Shown here in pieces: positions 17,456 to 25,533 of a DNA stretch of 44,117 nt. The first letter of the stretch is position 1; the number at the start of each line of letters is the position of its first letter. The notes beneath the pieces are model-generated. The model was not told where the DNA came from and did not search any database. It saw nothing but the letters and a program-made list of their open reading frames with translations. The DNA lies in the IMG/VR virus record IMGVR_UViG_3300048598_000584, positions 1 to 44,117 of that record; one strand, 5' to 3'. Made by a program: the position numbers and the translations under genes. Source of the stretch: a virus (Duplodnaviria; Caudoviricetes).

Positions 17456-19071
17456 GAGACGAGCTCGCCCTGCTCATAGGTCATATCGACCTGCACGAGC
17501 TCGACGGTGGGCGCGACGATGCTGCCGCTCGTGATCTGCACGGCTGGTGCAACCGAATAGCCGCTGCCGCCGACCGACTGCCAATCCTTGAACACGGACA
17601 GCGATATCGCTCCACCCCAAGCGCTGACGCCCCAGATGGCCGCGCCCCATACGCTGCCGACCGGCAGCCCCGCATCGTTCGGCGCCGCCGGCAGCGACAG
17701 CACGTAATCGGCCTGCAGCGAGAGCTGCGGCAGCAGGGATGCTGCGGCGCGCAGCACCGCGCGCATCAGCAGACAGGTCTTGAGCGAGGCGGAGGCCTTG
17801 AGCGGATCGAACAGCCATACACAGGTCGCGGTGTATGGCGTGCCCTGGTCGGCGCCGGTGACCTCCGCCTCGATGATCTTGCCGTCGCTCGAGCCGAAGA
17901 GCATGCGCTCGCCGAACAGCTGCAGGCAGCGACCATCCCAGCCGACGGCGCGTCCCCAGCCGCCGGTTCGCGCATTGGCTGCGAACATCACCGGCTGATC
18001 GCCGACGGCGCTTGCCGCCGGCGCGACCAGCACCAGCTGCTTGGTCGGCCAAACCTCGCAGGACCAGCCCGTCGAGAAGCGATCGGCGACCGCCTCGTTC
18101 CAGCCGGTCTCGATCTTGTAGGAGATCGCCGCCGGCGACAGCGCCGCGAAGTCGCGCTGCACCGCCTGCGACAGCGGGACGAAGCCGATATCGGTCGCGA
18201 TGACGAGATCGCCGCCGGCACTGATGTGGGCCTTCGGCCCGAGCGGCCGGCCGATGCGGTAGACGCCGACCTTCGACCAGGTCGCCGCCGTTGACGGATC
18301 CGTGCCCTGATAGACTGCGGCTTCGCCCTCCGTCGTGACGAACACGCAAAATTCGGTCAGTCCGTTGCCGGTCTCGATCGACCAGGTCGCGCCGAACAGC
18401 AGCGAGCCGCCGCGGTGGAAGACGCCGCCGAGCGGCAGCACCACGGCGGTGCCGCCAATCGCGTCGGCCGGCAAGTACCAGGCATTGAGGCTGTCCTTCT
18501 GGACCAGGAAGATCCGGCGCTGGTGCACCCAGACATGCGAGAGGCTCGAGGGCGTCAGCCCGCTGCCTGTGATCGCCGGCGACGTCGACCAGGCTGACCC
18601 GTCGAACACTTGCGGCGTGTCGGCGCCGTTCACGGCGCGGATAAAGATGCCGCCGGGGCTCTCGAATTGCACCGCCGACCAGGCCGCGCTCGTCAGGCTG
18701 CCGACGTCGGGCGAGGCAACGGCGCCGCCGGCCGTCGCATCATAGATCCCGGTCTCAGTCGCGGCGAAGAGCTTGCGGTTGTTGCCGTTCACATAGGCGA
18801 ACATCGCGCCGACGTCTTCATCACCGGCGCCGAGGGTCGCAAAGACCTGCGAACCACCGCGCATCCGCACGCCGGTCGCGGTCGGAAACCAGTTGTCCAA
18901 AATATAGGCGCCGTTGACGCGCGAGCCGTCCGGCAGCCGTGCGCCAGGCGTTGCCAGCGCCTGGTTCTTGATCCAGCCGCCCACCGGCGCCGGGAAGGTC
19001 GCAGGCTTCTGCGTCTCGGGCGTCGGCGAAGAGGCACGCGCAGGCCTGCGCAGCTGTGCGGGGCGGCGCAT
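17452..19071 (-). CDS. Tail hub / packaged-DNA stabilization protein (P22 gp10-like)
   Basis: 539 aa beta-rich; FPAPVGGW, LDNWFP, YQGTDP; follows the adaptor; start MRRPAQ. Confidence 0.7.
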   Translation of the reverse strand: MRRPAQLRRPARASSPTPETQKPATFPAPVGGWIKNQALATPGARLPDGSRVNGAYILDNWFPTATGVRMRGGSQVFATLGAGDEDVGAMFAYVNGNNRKLFAATETGIYDATAGGAVASPDVGSLTSAAWSAVQFESPGGIFIRAVNGADTPQVFDGSAWSTSPAITGSGLTPSSLSHVWVHQRRIFLVQKDSLNAWYLPADAIGGTAVVLPLGGVFHRGGSLLFGATWSIETGNGLTEFCVFVTTEGEAAVYQGTDPSTAATWSKVGVYRIGRPLGPKAHISAGGDLVIATDIGFVPLSQAVQRDFAALSPAAISYKIETGWNEAVADRFSTGWSCEVWPTKQLVLVAPAASAVGDQPVMFAANARTGGWGRAVGWDGRCLQLFGERMLFGSSDGKIIEAEVTGADQGTPYTATCVWLFDPLKASASLKTCLLMRAVLRAAASLLPQLSLQADYVLSLPAAPNDAGLPVGSVWGAAIWGVSAWGGAISLSVFKDWQSVGGSGYSVAPAVQITSGSIVAPTVELVQVDMTYEQGELVS

Positions 19072-19775
19072 CACGGACCCAGAATGCCGGGATAGGCGAT
19101 CGACACGTCGCCGCGGACACGCTGCGGGCCCACGACGATGGTCCGCGTGCCCTTGTCCTTGGAGACTTCCTCGGCGAGCGCGATCTCGTAGTTCGCCATA
19201 TGCTCGGAATATTCCTGCCCCTTCGTCATTCGCCAGCGCCACATGAGCGCGAGCTTCAGCAACCGTTCGGAAAGCACGAACGCATCGCCGTCACCGGTGA
19301 ACTTGGTCTTGCTGCCCGCGGCGCCGTCGGAGGTGCCCACGATCTTGTTCGAAATATAGTAGTGCCGCGCGGTCTCGCCGGCCGGCATGGCTGCGAAGAT
19401 CTGCAGCTTGCCGCCGAGCAGGATCCACACCCCGGGCGTGCCCGAGATGTTGGTATCCTGCAGATACAGCCATTCGTCCTCGTCACGCGCGCGCCGATAG
19501 GCCGCGTTCTTCCAGGTCGAAGAGTGCAGCTTGCCGCCGTCCTTGAGCATCCGGCCATAGTCGTCCGGCAGGTCGAAGGCGATCGTCACGCCGTCGCCGG
19601 CATATGACTTCAGGAGCTTCAGCTTCTGCCAGTCGTAATACTCGACAATGGCCGCGGCCGCCTCGTTGGCCAGCGCGCCGAGCTCGAGACCGAACTGGTC
19701 GGTCCCGAACAGGCTCGCCGGCTTGCGGCCGAGCAGCAGGATGGCGGCATCCTGGGCCGCGGCGAGGACCGTCAT
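19071..19775 (-). CDS. Head-tail adaptor protein
   Basis: YDWQKL, FDLPDDY, LKLALMWRW motifs; position. Confidence 0.7.
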   Translation of the reverse strand: MTVLAAAQDAAILLLGRKPASLFGTDQFGLELGALANEAAAAIVEYYDWQKLKLLKSYAGDGVTIAFDLPDDYGRMLKDGGKLHSSTWKNAAYRRARDEDEWLYLQDTNISGTPGVWILLGGKLQIFAAMPAGETARHYYISNKIVGTSDGAAGSKTKFTGDGDAFVLSERLLKLALMWRWRMTKGQEYSEHMANYEIALAEEVSKDKGTRTIVVGPQRVRGDVSIAYPGILGP

Positions 19776-20536
19776 GCGGCTTCCCTGCTGGCGATCTCGG
19801 TTGCGAGCTCAATCAGCCGCGCACGCCCCGTATTTGCCGGTGGCGCCTTGCTGGTCTCGGCCTTGATGAAATCACGCAGCTCCTGGTCAGAGCAGTCGGC
19901 GAGATCCTTCTCGGTCTTGCCGTCACCGGCGCCAGCGCCACCCTCGCCCTCCTCGTCTTCGCCAATCGGCGCGATCGGCGCCGGCCGGGTGGCCGCCAGG
20001 CGGGCGTTCTCCTCCATCAGCATCTGGACCGTTTCGGTGAGCTTGGCGAGCTGGGCGGCCATGCCCGTCACGTCGGCGCTGCCGGCGGCCTTGGCGAGGT
20101 AGGCCGAGGCCTGGTTCTTCCATTCGCGGCCGCCCATGCCGAGCGACTTGAGGTTCGGGCCATCGAGCGCGGCCAGCGCCTCGATCGAGTGAATGTTGAG
20201 CGCGCGCAGCTCGCGACGCTTGGCCTCGGTCAGGAACGGCGCCTCCGCCAATGGCGTGCCGGCAACGGTCTGCTGCTCCTGGGCTCTGAACTTGCGATAC
20301 TGCTCCGCATGCGACTCGGCATAGGAGATTGGATGGCCGGCCTCGCGGCTTGCATTGGGGTCGGTCTCGAGCGCGGGAAACACGCACACGCGCCTGGCGT
20401 CGCCGGCGAACTGGAATTTGATCATGTCGACATCGTCGAAGATCGGCCGGCCGGCACGTTCGGATTTCGGCTGATTGATGACGGCTTCGGAATAGAAGCT
20501 GACGACGACGAGATTTTCGTTCTTGGCCTGGGCCAT
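19772..20536 (-). CDS. Conserved head-module protein with HhH-like motif and C-terminal HEH-like domain
   Basis: GRPIFDDVD, GTPLAEAPFL, LNIHSIEALAAL; C-terminal CSDQELRDFIK...GRARLIELA. Confidence 0.75.
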   Translation of the reverse strand: MAQAKNENLVVVSFYSEAVINQPKSERAGRPIFDDVDMIKFQFAGDARRVCVFPALETDPNASREAGHPISYAESHAEQYRKFRAQEQQTVAGTPLAEAPFLTEAKRRELRALNIHSIEALAALDGPNLKSLGMGGREWKNQASAYLAKAAGSADVTGMAAQLAKLTETVQMLMEENARLAATRPAPIAPIGEDEEGEGGAGAGDGKTEKDLADCSDQELRDFIKAETSKAPPANTGRARLIELATEIASREAA

Positions 20537-20544
20537 GGGACTGT

Positions 20545-20562
20545 TCCTGTCTGAGAGGGTGC
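20545..20562 (-). promoter_or_regulatory. GCACCCTCTCAGACAGGA motif, copy 1 (contains SD)
   Basis: Identical to 23472-23489; 8 nt before ATG. Confidence 0.65.
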
Positions 20563-20577
20563 GGAAGGTGAAAGGTT

Positions 20578-20610
20578 GGCCGCCGCGGCCGGGGGCGTAC
20601 CGCGGCGGCC
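20578..20610 (-). terminator. GC-rich hairpin after the decoration gene (weak terminator or stabiliser)
   Basis: GGCCGCCGCGG/CCGCGGCGGCC 11-bp perfect stem; poor U-tract. Confidence 0.45.
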
Positions 20611-20628
20611 GGGACGGGCGCGTGCCGG

Positions 20629-21138
20629 TTAGGCCGCGACCGCGTCGTCGACGAAGGGCCGGTCGATCTCGATCTCAGCGAGGCCTGCCGCGGGCGTGCC
20701 ATCGGCCGAGGCGAACTTCGCATTCTTGACGCGATCGCCAGCGACCACCGCATCGTCCAGCGTGCCGGCGGATGCAGTCGAATAAACGTTGCCGTTGTCG
20801 GCGACCGTGCCGGCCTTGACCACGCCCTTGCCCTTGATCTGATACCAGCCGAACAGGTTGGCCACGCTCGCGGCCATCGCGATCGCGACCGACCCGATAT
20901 CGTTCGCCGCAAGCAGCGACGTCGTCCAGTCGTCGGGGTTGTACAGCACGGCCGAGCCGCGGACGGTGTTGGCGGCTCCCTGGAGATAGATGAACTCCCC
21001 GACGCCGTAGTCCGGATCCACGGCCTTGACGACGTCGCCGAGCTTCCACGGCGAGCTGCGACCGGCAGCGTTCGACGCTGCCAGGGCAGAAGCGATCGGC
21101 GGGCAGCCGAGCTGAGGGTTGATGATGACGAAAGCCAT
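20629..21138 (-). CDS. Putative capsid decoration/cement protein
   Basis: Directly after MCP; GEFIY, AIAMAA and GWYQIKG motifs; AGGAG RBS. Confidence 0.65.
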   Translation of the reverse strand: MAFVIINPQLGCPPIASALAASNAAGRSSPWKLGDVVKAVDPDYGVGEFIYLQGAANTVRGSAVLYNPDDWTTSLLAANDIGSVAIAMAASVANLFGWYQIKGKGVVKAGTVADNGNVYSTASAGTLDDAVVAGDRVKNAKFASADGTPAAGLAEIEIDRPFVDDAVAA

Positions 21139-21223
21139 CTGCGCTTACTCCTGTTGATTGAGAATGGCATTGCGCCCGCCGCGGCCGAGGCCGGCGGCGG
21201 CGGGTCTCACGCGTCAGGCTGTG

Positions 21224-22243
21224 TCAGGCAGACGGGTTCGAGTCGTAGAACTTCCACTGGAACAGCGGATTGGTCATGGTGAGCTCGCCCATGAAGCCGA
21301 TGTACTGGACCACCGCGTCCTGGTTGATCGGCATCATCGAGCGGCCGATCTTGTCGAAGTTGCGTTCCGGGTGATACCGCATCCGGAGGTTCTTCGTATC
21401 GATGCCGTAGGTGGTGTTCGCCGGCATGTTCGACCCGATCCCGCCGTCCTGGACGATGGTGGCGGAGCGGCCGGCGCCGAAATACTTCAACGTCTGGAAG
21501 CCCAGCTTGCCGAGATCGGTCTCGTCATTCACGCGCTGGATCGCGACCGTCGCGGCATCATAGGCGCCATAGTGCTCGCCCGACATCAGCATGAGGTTGG
21601 CCGCCTGCTTGCCGCGCGACCGTTTGGTCATGATCTTGTTGAGGAACGGCCGGATCGTGGTCGCCGTCACCTGCGTGCCGATCGTGGTGTCGTAGGAGTT
21701 GGCATCGAACGCCGAGGTCTGCCAGATCGCATTCGAGCGGGCGATGCCGCCATAGGATCCGGAGCTGACCGCGGTCGGGACCGCAAGCTGCAGGCCGCCG
21801 AGCTCCTTGCCGCCAAAGCGGGTGCCGTTGCCATGCAGCGAGATATCCATCTCGTCGTTGAGCTCGTTCTCCGCCGCCTGGATGTGGGTCTCCATCACGT
21901 CCTCGAGCTGGTTGGTGCCCGAGTTGTTGAGGATCTCCTCGTTCGACAACGTCACCGCGACCGCCACCATCTTCGGGCGGTACTCGGCGTCGTTGAACAG
22001 CTCGGTCGGCGCCGAATTGAGGAAGTCATAGCCGTTGTACCAGACGGCCGAGCCGGTCTTGTTGTAGAGCAGCCGCTCACGGATGATTGGACCCGAATAG
22101 GGCTGCCACAGATCCTGCTTCCGCAACACGGCGAGCAGCGCGTTGGAGTTGGACACCAGATCCTGGTAGCCGGCCGAGCGGTCCTCGAGCGCGAGCGACA
22201 GGATCTCCTGGTTCTTTTCGACGGTAGTCAGCTGCGGAGCCAT
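21224..22243 (-). CDS. Major capsid protein
   Basis: 339 aa; DLVSNSNALL, LGGLQLAV and GFQTLKY motifs; strong GAGGAGG RBS; follows scaffold. Confidence 0.85.
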   Translation of the reverse strand: MAPQLTTVEKNQEILSLALEDRSAGYQDLVSNSNALLAVLRKQDLWQPYSGPIIRERLLYNKTGSAVWYNGYDFLNSAPTELFNDAEYRPKMVAVAVTLSNEEILNNSGTNQLEDVMETHIQAAENELNDEMDISLHGNGTRFGGKELGGLQLAVPTAVSSGSYGGIARSNAIWQTSAFDANSYDTTIGTQVTATTIRPFLNKIMTKRSRGKQAANLMLMSGEHYGAYDAATVAIQRVNDETDLGKLGFQTLKYFGAGRSATIVQDGGIGSNMPANTTYGIDTKNLRMRYHPERNFDKIGRSMMPINQDAVVQYIGFMGELTMTNPLFQWKFYDSNPSA

Positions 22244-22275
22244 GAAGCCCCTCCTCTATGAGCTTTGGATGTGCG

Positions 22276-23463
22276 TCAGCCTGCGCGCGCCGCAGCGCGT
22301 CTCAGGGCTTCGCGGATGGAGTTGGATCGCGGTCGCGCTGCCGGTTCTGAGCCGGGACCAGGTGCGCCCTTGATGGACTTGCTGCCCTTATCGGTCTGAG
22401 CGGTAAGGTCGGGGGCCGCGGCGGATGAGGCCGCGGGCTTGACGTCTTCGGCCGGCTTGGCCGGCTTCGCGAGCGCGGCCAGTGCGGGATGCTTCTGCAG
22501 CACCGCCTCATAGGCCGCGTCGAGATTGGCGGCGCCCGCCTGCAGCTCCACTGCAATGTGCGGGGCAATCAATTCGAAATGCGGCTTGTCGGCCGCCCAG
22601 TCCGTGATCTGCTGCTCGAGCGAGGTCCGGTGCTGCTGCTGCATGTTCTGCGCAACGCCGCCGACCGCCTGCTGGAGCTGTGCCACCGTTTGCCGCAGCT
22701 CGCGGATCGTGTTGTCCGACTGCGCCCGCTCCTGGTCCGGCGTGCGGCCGAGCACCATCTCGGCGACCTGGCGCAGCGACACGCCGATGTTATTGCAGAC
22801 CTCCTCGAGCCCGCGCAGCGGAGCCTGCCGCAGCAGGCCCTCCATCTTCGTGTAGCGGTCGAGCGCGATCTCGAGCGTGGTCCCGCCCCGCTCCGCCATG
22901 TCGTGGAAACGACGAACCTTCTCGTAGGCCTCGGCGCCGGCGCGGTGCTTCTCGATGCCCGCGGTCATCTCGCGATGCATGCGGTCGACCTCGGCCTTGA
23001 CCGGCTCTGGAGCCGTGTCCCAGACGGCCTTGGCATCGTTGCTGAAGCGATCAGGCGCAGCCACCGTGCGCTTGGCCGCCGGCGCCGGCAGCTCGGCCGC
23101 GGCTGGCTTCTCCTGCGCGCCGGGCTTTAGCGGGGCCTGGCCCTTGTCGGCCGCCGCAGCCGCCGGATCCTTCGGCGCGAACTTCCCCGATGCCGGGTCG
23201 CGCTCGAGCGCGGCGCCCTTCGCCGGATCCTTGACATCGCCCGCGGCCGGCGCGGCCTTGGCCGCTTCGTTCGCCTCCACCTTCTCCCTGGCCGCGCGCA
23301 GCGCCTCGCGCGTGCTCGGGATCTTGGCCGGCTGCTCGATCGGTGCCTCCTTGAGCGGCTGCACCTGTTCGGAAAGCGGCGCCGGCGGCGTCGCAACAGC
23401 TTCGATCGGTGCGGAGGGTTGAACGGGCGCAGCGGCAGCTGCCGCCGCAACAGCGTCGGGCAT
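22276..23463 (-). CDS. Scaffolding protein
   Basis: Ala/Pro-rich N-terminus, RDPASGKFA motif, coiled coil, terminal SIREALRRA helix echoing the N-terminal STREALRAA. Confidence 0.75.
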   Translation of the reverse strand: MPDAVAAAAAAAPVQPSAPIEAVATPPAPLSEQVQPLKEAPIEQPAKIPSTREALRAAREKVEANEAAKAAPAAGDVKDPAKGAALERDPASGKFAPKDPAAAAADKGQAPLKPGAQEKPAAAELPAPAAKRTVAAPDRFSNDAKAVWDTAPEPVKAEVDRMHREMTAGIEKHRAGAEAYEKVRRFHDMAERGGTTLEIALDRYTKMEGLLRQAPLRGLEEVCNNIGVSLRQVAEMVLGRTPDQERAQSDNTIRELRQTVAQLQQAVGGVAQNMQQQHRTSLEQQITDWAADKPHFELIAPHIAVELQAGAANLDAAYEAVLQKHPALAALAKPAKPAEDVKPAASSAAAPDLTAQTDKGSKSIKGAPGPGSEPAARPRSNSIREALRRAAARAG

Positions 23464-23471
23464 GGGAATCG

Positions 23472-23489
23472 TCCTGTCTGAGAGGGTGC
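23472..23489 (-). promoter_or_regulatory. GCACCCTCTCAGACAGGA motif, copy 2 (contains SD)
   Basis: Identical to 20545-20562; 8 nt before scaffold ATG. Confidence 0.65.
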
Positions 23490-23547
23490 TCGTGGAGCGG
23501 CCTTCCACCGCCTCGTCGGGTATCAGCCCCCGCTGGCATTCGTCGGG

Positions 23548-23901
23548 CTATCTGCCCTTGTAGATGTTGCGCTCGCCGCGCTCGAAACGGGCCTTCGCCT
23601 TGGCGACCGCGTCCTTGACTTCCTTCCGGCCGACCCTCGGCTTGACGAACGGCCGCAGCCGCGCCGGATCGTTGCCGACCTCGATCACGCCGGCCTGCCG
23701 ATAGTGCGCCCGGATCGCCGACTTGGAGTCGTACATCCTGCCGTCGACTTGGCTCTGCACCGGCTCCATGATGTCGGATGCGAGGCGCGGGCAAGGCAGA
23801 TCCGAGCGCGCCGGCGCACGCCGCTCGCGCTTCGCTGGCAGCACGATCTCCTTCGAAAAATCAATCAAGTGGAAGTTGTCGCTATACGCGGACATCTGCA
23901 T
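23548..23901 (-). CDS. Conserved phage head-module protein
   Basis: SDIMEPVQSQVDGRMYDSKSAIRAHY..AGVIEVGND; start 23901 or 23895. Confidence 0.75.
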   Translation of the reverse strand: MQMSAYSDNFHLIDFSKEIVLPAKRERRAPARSDLPCPRLASDIMEPVQSQVDGRMYDSKSAIRAHYRQAGVIEVGNDPARLRPFVKPRVGRKEVKDAVAKAKARFERGERNIYKGR

Positions 23902-23909
23902 CTCACGAA

Positions 23910-25199
23910 CTAGAACGGCCTGGTGAAGAGGCAGGGATTGACGACGATCAACCCCTTGGCGGTGTCGCCGGCGTAACCGTCCCCGGGCTCGCTTCCCGAT
24001 GTCGATAGCCCGATCGCGGCGTAGAGGCCGGCAGCCGCCGGATTGGTCAGGAACTCCGCCTGCACGCGGTGCAGCCCGTTCCCGAGCGGATAGATGCTGA
24101 AGAACTGGTTCCGGAATGACCCGCTGATGTCGCCGAGCGCTCCCGTGGTGAGGTTGAGGAAGCGCTGCGCGCGCCCCGAAAGCGCGCCATCGTAGCAGGT
24201 CAGCTTCGCCCAATCGCGACCGACCAGCTTCGCATCGAAGCGCAGCGAGCAGCGCGTCGGCGTCGCCGCGATGCTCGGTATGTTCTGGTAGCACCAGTGA
24301 TAGTCGGTCGCCGCCGTCTCCAGCATCTGCTGGCCGATCGCCGCCGGAGTGGGCGCGCCGAGCGCATTTTTGATCCACGCCACATTGCTGAAGTCGCCCG
24401 CCGAAACGAACAGGTTGGTGCGGCCGGCGGCCTCCGGACTGCCAAAGATATTCGCTGCCACGGCGTAGAACTTCGTGCCGGGAACACCGCCACCATTGCG
24501 ATAGTGCTCGAATGTCAGACAATGATTGGTGCGCGTGGCCGCCGCGGCCGACGTCACCGGCCCTATCTCACTGCCATAGCGCGACGTCGGGATCCTCAGA
24601 TAGATGTCGTTGCCGTCGCGGCGCCAGCCGGCGCGCCCCTTCTGGCCAAATGGCATGGCATCAAAGGTCCCGCTCGCCTCTGTCGTGATGTGGACGACGT
24701 CGGACTCGTCCTGACTGAGATATTGGACGGCCCACGATCCAGCGCCGAAGACAACATGAAGCGAAGAGGCGCCGACGCCCGCCTGCGACGCACCCGCCGA
24801 CGCGATCAGCGCCGCGATGTCATCACCATCAGAGTACGAGACGTCGGCGTAGATCGACTCGATGTCCTCGGAGAGCTCGATGGCATTATAGGTCGCCGAC
24901 TCCGTGGTGACGATCAGTGCGCCATTGCTGACCGTCGCCGGTCCAGCGCCGTCATAGCCGAGCACGAGCTTCTGCCCCGTCGCGAAATCGCCCGGCACGC
25001 CATCAGCCATCCTGGTGAAGTCGATCCACGCGTCGCCACGCAGCGCGCCGCCGCCGATGATCGGGATGCCGCCGCGGTCGACGAACGTCACAGCTGTGCC
25101 GAATCCGTTGGCTGCCTCCTCCACCGGTGTGCCCAGACCATTGGCGGCCTCGGTAACCGGCAGCCCGCCGACCGGGACGGTGACAATTGGCCAGGCCAT
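23910..25199 (-). CDS. Putative head fibre/spike with carbohydrate-binding-like domains
   Basis: Repetitive N-terminus (GGLPVTEAANGLGTPVEEAANGFG), beta-rich body, RTNLFVSAGDFSNVAW start of a CBM-like domain. Confidence 0.6.
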   Translation of the reverse strand: MAWPIVTVPVGGLPVTEAANGLGTPVEEAANGFGTAVTFVDRGGIPIIGGGALRGDAWIDFTRMADGVPGDFATGQKLVLGYDGAGPATVSNGALIVTTESATYNAIELSEDIESIYADVSYSDGDDIAALIASAGASQAGVGASSLHVVFGAGSWAVQYLSQDESDVVHITTEASGTFDAMPFGQKGRAGWRRDGNDIYLRIPTSRYGSEIGPVTSAAAATRTNHCLTFEHYRNGGGVPGTKFYAVAANIFGSPEAAGRTNLFVSAGDFSNVAWIKNALGAPTPAAIGQQMLETAATDYHWCYQNIPSIAATPTRCSLRFDAKLVGRDWAKLTCYDGALSGRAQRFLNLTTGALGDISGSFRNQFFSIYPLGNGLHRVQAEFLTNPAAAGLYAAIGLSTSGSEPGDGYAGDTAKGLIVVNPCLFTRPF

Positions 25200-25202
25200 C
25201 GG

Positions 25203-25460
25203 CTACAGCCCGCTCGCCGTTTTGATGACCCTGGCGAGCTCCGGTGCCCACATGCTCCGCGCAAGCAGGTGTGCGGAGAACGCGCCGGCATTGATCTGGC
25301 GCGCGAGCTCGGTGGCCTGCATGCCCGGGATTCCCACGGCCATCAGCTTGTTGACGTCGCCTCCGGAGGGCGCGCCGGCGGCCATCTGGCGCGCGATCTC
25401 GATTGCCTGGGGATAGGACAGGCCTGCGCCTGCGAGCGTATCGGCTGTCGACATTGCCAT
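25203..25460 (-). CDS. Small helical-repeat protein
   Basis: Repeats QAIEIARQMAAG / QATELARQINAG / APELARVI. Confidence 0.7.
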   Translation of the reverse strand: MAMSTADTLAGAGLSYPQAIEIARQMAAGAPSGGDVNKLMAVGIPGMQATELARQINAGAFSAHLLARSMWAPELARVIKTASGL

Positions 25461-25533
25461 CAGGCGAGCTCCTTGGTTGGGGCCTTCGCGGCCCGGGCAG
25501 CCGCGGCGTCCGCAGTGCGGATTGAATTCTCGG

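Noticed and set aside
21139-21226. Capsid stop read-through or frameshift into the decoration gene
   Set aside because: A second in-frame TGA follows after two codons, there is no slippery sequence, and the next gene has its own SD
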